Origin: Mobula hypostoma
Taxonomy: Eukaryota
Direction of reading: 5' to 3'
DNA: 64,000 nt
Assembly (NCBI RefSeq): GCF_963921235.1
Contig: NC_086097.1
Span: forward strand, 140,802,001-140,866,000
Both the position numbers and the translations under genes were made by a program. The first letter of the stretch is position 1. Every line of letters begins with the position of its first letter. Below, in pieces: positions 24,784 through 37,072 of this stretch. Below the pieces are notes generated by a model. That model searched no databases. It was not told the DNA's origin and was given only the letters and a program-made list of their open reading frames with translations.

Positions 24784-25662
24784 CCAGTCTCTCCTACCGC
24801 TCGACTGTTTCACCAGGGAAAGGAAACTTCATGGCATTGACCGCAGATGGAGGCAACGTTCCCACTAAACAAAAGGAATGTAATTCTATTCAGGGATCCA
24901 GTGCTGAAGCGGGAAGCGGCACGTGGTGCAGAAAACACAGGTGCGGCAGGTCTTCAGAACAGCTGACGGAAGATAGTTGTTTATTACAAGCGCAATTTAC
25001 TACAAAGTTAGCGAAGTTATACCCTGTGTACGGAGTCACACCTGGAATATCGTGTCCAGAATTGGTCCGGTCATGTAAGGATGTCAATTATCTAGAAGCA
25101 GTTCACAGAGGGTTCATGGGAACGATGAAAAAGGGATGGACAGGCCAGACTCATATCTACTGCAGTTTTGAATAGTAAAAGGGATCTTAATTAAAACGTA
25201 CTGTTCGCTGATGAATGTAGACAGTGAGGCGTGTAGAGGATGTTTCCATTCGTACAAGAGCCTAGAATGGGAGTCAGTGTTGAATGGTTGTTGTCCATTA
25301 ACGAGGGAGATGAAGAGAGGGGTTTCTCTCGAAAGTCTGTGACTTCTGGGAGCTCTTGAGTAAACATGGTCTTTGAATAATTTGAAGGCAGAGGGAGATT
25401 AGTTATAGATAAGCGAGAGCGTGAAGGTTTACCGCGAGTAGTCGGAATGAAGAATTGAGTGTGTATCTTACCGAGGCATAATGGGAAGCTACAGCGACGG
25501 GTGACTTCAGGCAGAGACGCCAGGTGTGCGTGGACAAGAATTCACCTCGGGGTCACACTCGACTTCCTGCGGACAGCGGCTGGGTTGGGTTTCTGGGTCA
25601 CGTGGGGGGGTGAGATCCGGATTGAAATTCAGCGCCGAGTCTGAACAGTAAAGGACAGGTCG

Positions 25663-25670
25663 TGACGTCA
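25663..25670. promoter_or_regulatory. Perfect CRE (TGACGTCA) ~100 bp upstream of the V3 ATG
   Basis: Exact palindromic CREB/ATF site in the proximal promoter position; CRE-like motifs are known in TCR V promoters. Confidence 0.55.
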
Positions 25671-25770
25671 TCGCGCCAAAAGGAAGCAGCAGTTTGCGGC
25701 TTCGAGAAGGAGTGAAGCGGTCGGCGGGATCTCAGTCACCTGGATCAACGCGACGCTCTGTCTCCCCAAC

Positions 25771-26214
25771 ATGAAGGTGTTGCTGACCGTCATTTTATTG
25801 ACCTGCTTTCTCGGTCAGTGTTTCTTCATTTTAATCCCCGTTTTCTTTCGCCATTCGTCACCGCACTGTGGAATGATTCAATCACGTTGTATTATTTTCT
25901 CCGACAGGTAAAGTAGCGCTTCAGATATTGACACAGGCTCAATTATCGATTACCAGGGCTCCGACAGAACCTGTGCACTTTTACTGTGATATTCAACAAG
26001 TCGACTTTGCGGAAGCTGTTATACATTGGTACCGGCAGAGGCCGGGTCAAGGCCTGCAGCGGCTATTGTATTTTAAGAGTTCATCGGACACTCAGAGGGA
26101 TGTGTCTGACGAACGATTAATTGCGAGCAAAGTACCTGAGACTCAATCGTGCACTCTGCTCTTGCCGAATATAAACAAGGATGATTCCGGCACCTACTAC
26201 TGCGCTTACTGGTA
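25771..26214 (+). CDS. TRGV: TCR gamma V segment 3 (germline, intact): leader exon 25771-25813, intron 25814-25907, V exon 25908-26214
   Basis: Leader MKVLLTVILLTCFL; GTCAGT donor and ccgacAG acceptor; V domain ..VHFYCDIQQVDFAEAVIHWYRQRPGQGLQRLLYF..DDSGTYYCAYWY; RSS follows. Confidence 0.93.
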
Positions 26215-26253
26215 CACAGTGGCCAAATGCGAAGGGAAGCCAGTACATAAACC
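26215..26253 (+). other. 23-RSS: CACAGTG, 23-nt spacer, ACATAAACC
   Basis: Heptamer 26215-26221, spacer 26222-26244, nonamer 26245-26253 (one mismatch to consensus). Confidence 0.93.
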
Positions 26254-27475
26254 CATCGGGTACCTTGTGCATAACGTGTTCACTGGTTCCACACCAAGTA
26301 ACAGGTGTTGTGCCTCACGCTCTCCGCGAACACCTGCGTTTAACGAATACTATTCGTTGTTTTAAACCGCTGTGCAATTTGCATTTTACTTCATAGCTAC
26401 GCTGAATAAAGCTGTTTGGATAAATTTGCGATGGACTGTACACATGGATCCAAATTTCATGAATGAATACGAGCCAAGAGCCTGAAAACCTACTAACGTT
26501 CAGAGAAAACCCGGTCGCGTGATCACAATGACCCAAAACTTCATTCCAATTGTCCTTGATCTGAGCTCGGGTTATGGACTTGTACAGAACGCAAACCGGT
26601 CATTCGGGTCATTTTCTAACCTGCATTTATCCCATTCGCCTGCCTTTCAGAGTTATCTAGCACGGAAACGTCCTTCTTCCCAAGTCATTCATTGTGACGA
26701 TCACTATAGCTGTGTGCACATGATTTTATATACCTCTATATCTCTTCCAAAGCCTCCTACACTCTGGGGGCTAAATCCCAAATCTATCAGAAATGAATAC
26801 CATACTCTAAACTACAGGGGAAAATCTTCAGATGCTGGAATTCCAAACCAATCAGGACAGAAACTTCAGCTGTTTATTTCTTCCGCATAGATGCTGTCTG
26901 ACCTTTTCAGCTCCTCCAGCATTTTGCGTGTGTTATCATACTCCAAGTGTGGTTTCACCAATATTTTGTAAAGCAATATTTTATCCCAACTACTGTAATC
27001 AATGAACTAACTCGTGAAAGACTACGTGCCAAACGAAGACTTCGCCAGCCTATCCATCCATGTTTCCACCTGCAGGGAACTATACGGTTGTGCCCCTCGA
27101 TCCCTCTGCTTTACATCCGCTACTGTGTAAATCCTGTCCTGCTTTAAGTTACCAAAATGCAACATTTCAAATCTCCTCGTTAAATTCCATCTGCTATACC
27201 TTTAACCATATTTCCTCTCGTAATGTTTTACAACTTTCTAAGCTGACCGATTACAACTTTGATGTAGTCTGCAAACTTATTAACCACACCATCTGCATTC
27301 TGATCCAGACGGTGAATAATAGTGTCCCCAGCATCCCTGAGGAACTCTTTTCCTGAGCTTCCAAGGTAATACTCTGTGCTTGTTTGCTGCACATTCTCAT
27401 AACCAGAACAATTGTCCAAGAGACTTCAGGCGTATTGTTTGTGGCGGTGTTCCATGGAATGAAAAACGTTTAAGT

Positions 27476-28889
27476 TGTCATGGTCCCTTTACATTTACCT
27501 TGTTTATATGACGATCCGGACCGTTGATTCCCTTTTTTCCCATGTCCCTCGACTTTGGTGATTAGAGGCAATTAACGCTCGGCTGAACCGGTAGTTTATA
27601 GTCTCCGGCTTTCAGCCGTTCGGCGCGGGAGCGTCTGCAAAGTCATGGTGTGCTAATGCCATCTGGCCGGAGCAAGCCTAGTCTCTGCCGAAGCGTGTGC
27701 CGTTAATTCGCCCTTCCTCACCGGAGCAACCATGTCCAGTTACCTCGCCAAAGCGAGCCTGCAAAGTTTCCTCACCGAGGTGGGTCCGTCAGTTAACCCT
27801 GCCGGATGGAATCAAGAACCGCTGTCTACTGTTCCCGGGCCAAGTCGAGAGTTCGCCACTACGCGGAGGCTCCAAGTCAAGTCCTGGCTCCGGCGGCAGT
27901 CAAGCACCAAGTCAAGTCCTGGTCCCGGCAGCAGTCAAGCACCAAGTCAAGTCCTGGCCCCGGCGGCAGTCAAGCACCAAGTCAAGTCCTGGCCCCGGCG
28001 GCAGTCAAGCACCAAGTCGAGTCCTGGTCCCGGCGGCAGTGAAGCACCAAGTCAAGCCCTGGTCCTGGCGGCTTCCCAGTTCCGAGTCAAGTCCTGGCGC
28101 TGGTGGTCTGTGATTCCTGTCCTACCCCCCTGTCTGAATCCCTTCTCTGCCCCTCTCGCCTCTAGCCCTCGTCTGCAGCCCTCACCTGCACTTCGGTCTA
28201 GTTCTATCGCCGGAGCTAGATAGGTGCTGTCTGGTGTGCTTTCGTGTTGGTCTTGTCCTGTCCTTCCCTGCGTGGGATAAGTCAGGCCGTCTTGCCGTTG
28301 CCCCGCGGGGGGTCATGTCTTGTCTCGTCTTGTCCTCGCCTCCGTGTGGTAAGTCAGACCGTCTTGCCGTTGCCCCGCGGAGGGTCTTCAGTCCCGGCCC
28401 TATGTCCTGTACCCAAGGAGGGGTCCCGGCTCTCTGTTCTGTGTGTGAGTTCCGGCCCCATGTCCTGTACCCAAGGAGGGGTCCCGACTCTGTGTTCTGT
28501 GTATGTGTCCATGGTTCCATGTACCTGTTCTCCCGAGACCAAGGCTCTGTGTTCCCATGTTCCTCCTCTCCCTAGCCCATTTTATATCCATAGCTGGTTC
28601 TGGGGTCCTAGCACGAGGCAAGACCCAGGTACTGGGTCCTTGCCCAGTCTGGGGCTCGGAGTCCATACCCTAGCCTCTTCATGTCTCCTCTAGTTCTAGG
28701 AGCCGATTCCGAGTCCAAGTCCAGACCCTTGGTCCCAGCCTATTCGTAGTCCTCAGTTCTTGTCCAGTTCGCTATTCCTACACCTGCCAAGCTCTCATGG
28801 TATCGAACAATAAACTAAATCTAATTAACCCCATAAGATGTGTCTTGCTTTTGTTCCACCCTCGCTCCCAATTCCCCGCCATTGTGACA
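27476..28889 (+). mobile_element. Solo LTR (family B), 1414 bp, containing a 35-bp minisatellite (27873-28072, ~5.7 copies)
   Basis: TGTCATGG...TGTGACA termini; TSD TAAGT at 27471-27475 and 28890-28894; unit CAAGTCAAGTCCTGGCCCCGGCGGCAGTCAAGCAC starts at 27873, 27908, 27943, 27978, 28013 and 28048; absent from block B (~60720). Confidence 0.92.
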
Positions 28890-30239
28890 TAAGTCTGCCA
28901 TTAAAAGTAATTTCATATTTTTATAGAGAGAAATATTATATAGTTACACAGAAAACTTCGAAATACAGTACACATATATATAGCTAGGATGCCTCAGTCT
29001 TTAGCAGAGTAGTGTATTAATTGTATGCGTTGCTCTGTACTGCTGTCGTAAAAAAAAACAAATTTCATGACATACGTGAGCGATGATTAACCTGATTCTG
29101 ATATGGGTCTCTTTTGTGGACTGAGAGGGGGAAGTGGGTAGGGAGAGTGGAATTGTGAATTGGAAAAGGGGAGGGAGCGGGAAACACCAGAGTGACATAC
29201 TGTAATGATCAATAAATCAATTGCTTGGAATCAAATGCATTTGCCTCGTGTCTCAGGACTGGGTGTGCCTACACCGCGCAACCTCCGCCCCGGCACTCCC
29301 TCTCTTCCACCTGTCCTACACTCCTCCCACGTCTCCCCACCTTCGCCATTCCCAGCATCACTTGTTCTTGCCAGAATTACAAACAACGCTTCTCGTTGAC
29401 AGCTGCAATACCATGCAAAGATTTTTGCGCAGTATTAGGTACACGGGCCTCCAAGCTGCAAGACAGCCCTCCATTGACATTCTCTGGCTCCTACTACAAC
29501 GCAACTGGTATTCTTATGGCTCGCACACCCTGGCTCCATGGTAATCTTACCTTGAAAGCAGACTGCCATGCAGATTCTTCTACAAGGTCTTGCTAAAGTC
29601 CACATAGACAAATCCCTACCCTCATTAGTATTCTTACTCACTGAAGTTCACGACAGGTGGCATTCTCATGTACTGACTATCCGGACTATCCCTAAGCAGT
29701 CTTGCCTTTGCAAATCCTCCGAGATCTCCACCCTCAGAAAACCTTCCAGCAACAAATCTGCATTTTCCTAGTTTGTCCTTGCCTGCCTATGCTCCATCTA
29801 CTCATGTATTTGTCGAAATGTGTCTCAAAAATAGTGATTATATCTGAATCCACAAACTTTTTTGATAGCATTTTCCGGAAATCATTCACTCCTTTTCTAA
29901 CGATCCTCTGAAATCCCTTATAAAATAATAAAACAGAAAAGCTCAACATTCACTGAGTAACCAATATCAGTCATCTGTGGAAAGCCACCATTCCTATTGG
30001 AGGTTCTTTCATCGATCATAAAGAGGGAACCTGGAAGGCCTCTAACCATTGCTTCAGCAGTCCTAAGATGCAAATCATCACTGATACTAAGGAAATCACT
30101 GCGATGAAAGCTTCTTTTCTTCAGAGCCTTGTCTTTCTTCACCTACATTTTCAAATTCACATTATACTTTGATAATAAGTTACATCCCATTCCGAAAATT
30201 TTCTGTTAGTATTTGATTCATTTCACAATGACTTTATGT

Positions 30240-30550
30240 GTGATTATGTGCACACACTCAGCGATTCAGGAACATCTTCTTCCCCTCTGCCATCCGATTC
30301 CTAAATGGACTGAAGTTTTGGACACTACCTCACTTTTTTAATATACAGTATTTCTGTTTTTGCATATTTTTAAAATAATCTATTCAATATACATAATTGA
30401 TTTACTTTTTTATTTATTATGTTTTATTTTATTTATTATTATTATTTTTCTCACTCTCTGCTCGATTATGTATTGCACTGAGCTGCTGTTGCTAAGTTAG
30501 CAAATTGCACGTCATATGCCGGTGATAATAAACATGATTCTGATTCTGAT
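30240..30550 (+). mobile_element. L2-like LINE 3' end
   Basis: Ends in aataaacatgattctgattctga, a short-repeat tail typical of L2/CR1-group 3' ends. Confidence 0.45.
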
Positions 30551-31273
30551 TAGCATCCATTAAAGAGATGAATTAGGATAATTAAAATTGTGTAAGTGAT
30601 GTGAAGATTTCCAAACTTTGCGAAGTGTTTTCTAATAAAAGACAACACCTGAACTGATAGCCTGCCATATCTAGATATTAAACTAACTCGTGGGAAAATA
30701 TTTTAAATCATTATGCAATTCATTTCCGATATGAGAATAATAATTGATATGATAGAGATTAACTGTAAAGAACATGCTATCAACAAACAATATCGCAAAC
30801 AACAAACAGCACTAAGTCGAGAAAACGCATGGTAATATGAGGTGGCAGAAACCATTCATGCCATATAAGTTCTGTCTGTGGAATGTGACAAAGATAACGA
30901 CATTCAAAGATGCCCACTGCATTACAGTTAGACTAGTGACTTATGGTTAGAAGTTCCTGAAGTATGAAAGGACAAACATGCAGAGCATAGATGATACTAC
31001 GTAGACACATGGAAATGCAGTTGTGCAATTGCTACCAGTGTTATTTGGACTGAAATAATCTTCAAATTTCTGCATATCACAGAAATTAAAATATGATTAT
31101 CAGAATGCAGCTTAAGTGTAGTTGTAGAAAAGTTGCGGTTCATAATCCCTTGACTTTCATCTTGCTTTTATTGTTGTTGGTTTACCTGACGATGCCAGGA
31201 ATTTGATTAGGCTCTGAGATATTGGCTTTGGATCATAATTTCATCCTGAAGTACCCCTATTAACTGTGCTTTT

Positions 31274-31275
<2 letters not shown>

Positions 31276-31357
<82 letters not shown>
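31276..31357 (+). repeat. (AG)41 microsatellite within the family A LTR
   Basis: Perfect dinucleotide run; the matching part of the LTR copy at ~1205-1265 has only short AG runs. Confidence 0.97.
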
Positions 31358-31361
<4 letters not shown>

Positions 31362-32655
31362 ATTAACGGTTGGAGTGTCACTTTAAGGCACTGGAAGTAA
31401 CTTTGGATTTCTACTGAGTTTGGAGTTGGAGACAGCACCGAACAGCTTGGAAGTTGCTATGGTGACTGAAGACAGTTCGCCTGCTTGTGCTTTTCTACAC
31501 AGAGAGGAAGGAGGAGTTATTTGAATGACAGGTGGTACCCAGTACGGTGAGATAAAATAGGAGGTCAGATGATACAGACCTCAGACACATGTTTGGACAC
31601 TGAATGAGCATTGTACTGCCCGCAGAAAAAGTGGATTTTGGCGGATCGATCCATCGCTCTTGCAGTGGAAAGAAGGGAAACGTGGTTGACTGGTGGAGAA
31701 TTGTCCATGTGTCCACCCTCGCCTGGGGGATAGCTCCACCACAGAAAACCGCTCCCATGTCTGTGACTTTGAAAGGATTTCGAAGGAAGACGAGAAGAAT
31801 GACGGCGTCAGCTCGCCTGAAGACTCAAATCTCTCTCTCTTTCTCTCCATCACTACTCAACTCAATACCACGAACTGAACCTAACTGAACTTTACTCATC
31901 ATCGTAAGACTGTATCTTTTTACCCCTAGACTTAAAGAAACTTGGTTTTTCACACATATATTTCCACACTTACTGATATACTTACTTATATATATATAAT
32001 CATTGCTAACCTGTTTGATTTATTTACATTTATATTACTGTATTGTGTAGTTACTAATAGATATTATTAGTTTATAACAATACTGGACTCCAATGTGTTG
32101 TCCATCTCTGCTGGTTCTTTATTCCCGTCACAGGGTACGTGACATAAATTGGGGCCTGCGTCTGGGATATGAACAAATTGGTCGGGAGGTTAGTTTGAAT
32201 TGATTGGGGAAAATGCCCTTGAATCTGGTTGTGTGGAAATACAGCAGAAATGGATGTTACTGTTGAGGAGTTTATGTTGGAACCAGCCCCGGAAGCGTTG
32301 GATGATGCTATGAGGGTTGTGCTGTCGCGAATTGCTCATAAGTTAAAACTAAAGGTAACCACTATAATGAGGAGAGCTCGGATGCAGACGATAATGGCCC
32401 AGCATTATATAGATAAGGGAACGTTTGATGAGGAGGCGTTAGAGTTGTTCATGGAAGGTGAATCTGCTGAGGATGAGCTTCAGCTTCAGTTGGAAAAATT
32501 AAGAATGGAGCATGAATTGAAATTAAAACAGCTATAGGTTGTTGAAGCAGAAAAGAGGAGGGTCAGAAGAGGCAGAAAGACAGAGACAGCTAGAAAGGGA
32601 GAAATGGCAAAGTGAAGATCTGGTGGCAGAAATGCAGAGACAGTTTAAAAGGGAG

Positions 32656-33586
32656 TGTCATACGGAGGGTGGCTGGGACTGGACCCAAGTGCAAGACACA
32701 GACACTGAAGTACTAGGGACTGACTAGGATACAGGCTGAGGGCAAGGACATGGACAGGAAAACCAGGAACCTGGAACAGGACTGGACAAGTGAGCTAGGA
32801 ACCCGGGCTTGGACTCCGAGCCAGAGACTGGACAAGGACCCAGTATCTGGGTCTTGCCGCTGGTTCGGACCCCAGAACTAGGCAAGGGCGAGGCTTGGCA
32901 GGCAGGCAGGACGAGGCTGGAGTTTTCAGGCTTGAGGCGAGAGGCGAGGCTAGAGTCTTCAGGCTTGAGGCTAGGCAGGCTCCACCGGGGCAGGGCGCGG
33001 TTCACCTGGGCAGGGCGCGGTACTCCTGGGCAGGGCGCGGTTCACCACACGACGGAGGCATGGGACAGGAAGGGACAGAACCAACCGTAGGTAACGACAA
33101 GACGGCCTGGATCACCCGACGGAGGCAAGGGACAGGAAGGGACAGAACCAACCCCAGGTAACGGCAAGACGGCTTGGCTTACCTGGGTGGTGGCAAGGGA
33201 CAGGAAGGAAGCTAGGTACAGGGTGGCTCCAGGACAAGACTGCAGGCGAGACGAGGCGAGAGTTACCGGCAAGACAAGGCAAGGCTTCTGCCAAAGAAAG
33301 GCGAGACGAGAACTTCAGGCGAGGCGAGAGGTATCGGCAAGACAAGGTAGGGCTTCGGGCGAGGATACAGAAGGCAGAGCAAGGGATACAAGGAGTAAGG
33401 ACAAGAACAATCCAGCAGCCACGCCCTGGTCTCTGAAGGTATTTATGCAGCCAGCCGCAAGGAGCATCAGTTGCCTCAATTAGAGCTCAACAAGAACAGA
33501 AACAGGGTAGATAGGAAAACCTGGAGCAAGGATTGATGGACCGGACCGTGAACTGGAATACGGACTTCACAGACCGGGCCATGACA
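32656..33586 (-). mobile_element. Solo LTR (family B), 931 bp, nested in the Gypsy gag
   Basis: TG...CA termini; TSD GGGAG at 32651-32655 and 33587-33591; removing it restores the frame QFKRE-RLQQRGSVLDPDD. Confidence 0.93.
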
Positions 33587-36115
33587 GGGAGAGGTTGCAG
33601 CAAAGAGGTTCAGTGTTGGACCCTGATGATTTTTGCAGCTCGGAAGGATTTGTTTTGGGTGATGAATTTAAAAGTTGTGTTCTTGATTATGTAAGGGCAT
33701 ACCCAGATGCAGAGGATGCCGCTACCCTAGAGGGGTTTGATAAGAAAGGAGACGAAGAAGTTTTAACCCACGAGGGTTAGGTTTACTTCAGAAAAGAGTT
33801 TGCCAGAGAACAGCTGTGAGGTTTGGGGTGACCTTGAATTTGAAACTGGGACAGGTGATGCCAGCCCAGAAGAGGCAGCTGTCCGATTGAATGCGTCCAG
33901 GTTGTTGAAGTACATGTGAGTTCACAGGATTCTGAACCTTATGTTAAAGGTCAGTTGAAGTCTGAGGTGCCTGGCTTGGTTGGAAAGGAATGCAGTTTTG
34001 TTGTGCCAGATGATCTTGGCTCGCTGAATAAGGGCTTAACCTTGGTACCAGCGGAATGTGAGGATTCTCAGTCACTTATATTAGACCGTGTTTTAAAAAC
34101 TAGCGAGGTCAGTGTTGCTGAAAATAATGGGAAAAGTGTTGCTCCTGGACTTTTGGATAAAGTGCTAGTTAAGGTTGGATTGGTTGCGTGACCTTTGACC
34201 CTGCTTGCAGGACAGAGGCCTGCTGAGAAAAGATGTAATGCTCTGTGGAATTTTGTTTGGATAATTAAGCACCTGCAAGGTTATGTTGTTGAGGAAAAGA
34301 AGAATTGTTATGGTTTTGGAGTGGAAGTTCCTATGGAAGCAAGGCATAGTGAAAGTCGGAGGAATTTGATGAACGGTTTGTTTGGTCTCTTTCATAATGT
34401 ATACATGATTCTCATCAGCCTGGTAATGGTACTGAGTTTAATAAACAATGGAGGCAGGTTGACGCCTCTCCAAGATAAGAGTGTTTCAGCAATTCAGCTG
34501 ATGGATAAGGCTGTTCAGCTGATTAGCATGGGTAAGCAGCCTGTTGAGGCCTACGATAGCAAAACCAGAGGTTTAAATTAATAATGATGTATCACAGACT
34601 TTTCTACCTTCCAGATTTCAGCAGGACTTAGAGGGTAGTAAGGCTGAGAAGGGTAAGGTGTATGAGAAAAGTTTGTCTTTATGGAAGAAGGAATTTACAG
34701 AGGAACAGACACCAAATTCTGGAATGGTGGCTTTAAGGGAGATGGCTCTCACAGGAGAGGAGGTTCAGAGAGAGTCAGTGGGATATTACCTCAAATATGG
34801 GGTGTTGATGAGGAGGTGGAGACCAGCCACAGTGCTTGCAAGTCACGTGGCGGTTCTGGAAGTTTACAGGGCTGAAATTTTAAGCATGGCTTACAGCATG
34901 TGTTTAGGTGGACATCATGAAGTGAGAGATATAGTGAATAGGATTGTGAAGGAATTTTACTGGCCTACTTTAAGGAAGGATGTAGTGAATTGTGTGGGCC
35001 CATTGCGAAAGACGGCAGCTGGTTGTCAGTATGTGCTAACAATTGTGTATGCTGTGTCTAGGTTCCCTGAAGCAATGTCTTTTGAAAACATCGATGCCAA
35101 GACTGTGATAACAGCATTCAGTAAGTTTTTCACACTGGTAGGTCCGGCCAAAGAAATTAAATTTGACCAGGGCAGTAAATTTACTTCGAGGACATTCCAG
35201 GGGATAGTTAGAGAATTGGAAGTTAAACACATGGTGTCATCTACATATCACACAGAGTCCAAGGGAGCATTGGAATGGCTCAACTCAACTCTTAAGACTA
35301 TGATTGAAGCACATTCTGTGAGAAATGGGAAAAATTGGGATGAGGGGGTTCCCCTCCTCTTATTTATTTTTGGAGATTCGATTCAGAAAGGTAGTTTGTT
35401 GGAACCTGCGCTTAGATACAGGCCAAAATGACCTTTGACCCTACTCAGAGAACTATGGTCTGATTTAGAAAAATATGTCAGTGTGCTTAATTATGTTTTC
35501 AAATTCTGGGAAAGATTTAATAAGCTTTGTGACTTTGCCAAGGAAAGTTTACAAAATGGTCGAAGCAAAATAACTGGACTCCAAAGTGTCTTCCATCTCT
35601 GCTGGTTCTTTATTCCTGTCACGGGGTATGTGACACTATACCCTGCGATTTGTTTCTTCATGGAGTAATGCATTTCTACTGTAGCTGGTTTCATTTTCAC
35701 AGCGCTAATAAACAGGCAGAAGAAAATATCCCACTGTTTGAAATTAGACTTAGGAATTTTCTGTAATGTTGGCTCAGTCTGCAATGTCCATATTACTTGG
35801 ATGAGTATTTTTACTCAATTAAGTCACTATATCTCATTATTTGAAACATTCAATCTTTCCACAACAACTTCTATTAATAAAGCACTTACAAAAGCAATAA
35901 TGAATATAGAAGCATTACCAAGCAGAAAAATGGGGAAACGAGGGATCCCATTTTGATGAAAACGATAGGTCTTAATGACCGTCCTAAGAGAAAGATGATA
36001 GGTGGCAAGCAGGAAGGTTCAGGGTGATGTTCCAGAGTTTAGGAATCCACTATATAAAGACTGCCAGTTGTTCAGCAATTTATTTCAAGGACGAACAAGA
36101 GCAAGAAACGTGGGG

Positions 36116-36246
36116 CACACTTCAAAGTTGCTGGTGAACGCAGCAGGCCAGGCAGCATCTCTAGGAAGAGGTACAGTCGACGTTTCAGTCCGAGACCCTT
36201 CGTCAAGACTTCCAGCATCTGCAGAATTCCTCGTGTTTGCGTTTTT
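36116..36246. mobile_element. Mini Penelope-derived insertion with a degenerate hammerhead
   Basis: PLE terminal sequence with a short inverted tip; 12-bp TSD AAGAAACGTGGG (36103-36114 / 36248-36259); core reads TTGACGA (C3 mutated). Confidence 0.8.
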
Positions 36247-37072
36247 AAAGAAACGTGGGAACTAGTTGTACGAAAAGACTGCCGAGAAAAGGCAATAGAG
36301 ATATTTGAAAATTAGATTTAAATTTTTAAGCAAGACGTTGTTCTTCATTTCTCTTCATCAGTAGAAGGAAGCAGTAGGAGGGTTAATATGCAAGTGAATT
36401 AGCTAGATATTTCACACTTTACCTTAAACCTGTGGACTTGCGTGTTTTGCATCTCAACTACGAGGGATAGTTTCCGACCGTCAATCCTGTCTATGCCCCT
36501 TTTAGTTTTGTTTACGTCGGTTTCCTCAGAACTCAGACGCTTCAGTGTCTTCTCATCACGGAAATTCTCCACCACAGGTAACATCGTGACGATCGTCCTC
36601 TGCACCCTCTCCCGTACAATCGCATCCTCCCTATAGTTAGTAACCAGAACAGCACACATTCTTTGGTCATATAAACGTTAAATAGTGTCCGAGACTCGCT
36701 GTTCTTATACTCTAAGCCCTGGCCAACGAGCGCACGTTTCTCGCACGCCATCGTCTTCTCCCTGTCTGTCGGTGATTCTGCCTCTGGGGATCCTTAGACT
36801 TGTATTCAATGCTCGGTTTGTCATTTTCCCTGGGGCCCGACTGTGCAATATGTATGATTTGGCCTTATTAGTCCTCCCATAAATGCCTCGAATCACATAT
36901 ATTTTTATTAAATTTCATTTACCAATGCTCTGGTCCTCTTCCCATCTAATCACTATCGTCCTGTACCTGAGATTAATTTGTATCAGCTCTGGGTACTTTC
37001 TTTGTTTGAGGGTAAATTTATACATCTGGAAAGTCGAACACGTGGGAAAATGAATCAAACCAACCCTGTACA

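Larger units (their letters stand above)
31250..35635 (+). mobile_element. Internally deleted Gypsy LTR retrotransposon (family A): 5' LTR to 32144, tRNA-Pro-like PBS, gag remnant, integrase remnant, only the last ~63 bp of the 3' LTR
   Basis: LTR end ...ggtacgTGACA (32144) followed by TGGGGCCTGCGTCTGGGAT, resembling the tRNA-Pro PBS TGGGGGCTCGTCCGGGAT; gag-like 32229-32655; integrase ORF 34658-35431 (GGHH..FYWP..VGPL..FPEA..DQGSKFTS..YHTESKG); LTR terminus repeated at 35573-35635. The 5' boundary is approximate. Confidence 0.85.

Noticed and set aside
17013-26214. Assignment of the V segments to IgNAR, NAR-TCR, IgH or TCR delta
   Set aside because: No D/J/C cluster follows each V as in shark Ig miniloci, and all end in YYCAxW with TRG-type FR2. 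This is not formally excluded without a phylogeny.
27873-28072. CRISPR-like repeat array
   Set aside because: Head-to-tail units with no unique spacers, inside a TSD-bounded eukaryotic LTR; no cas genes.
31241-31438. ORF with a poly-(SL) tract
   Set aside because: Translation of the (AG)41 microsatellite.
36399-36659. CpG-rich minus-strand ORF as a novel gene
   Set aside because: RGIDRIDGRKL..NTQVHRFKV is the degenerate C-terminus of a CR1 ORF2.
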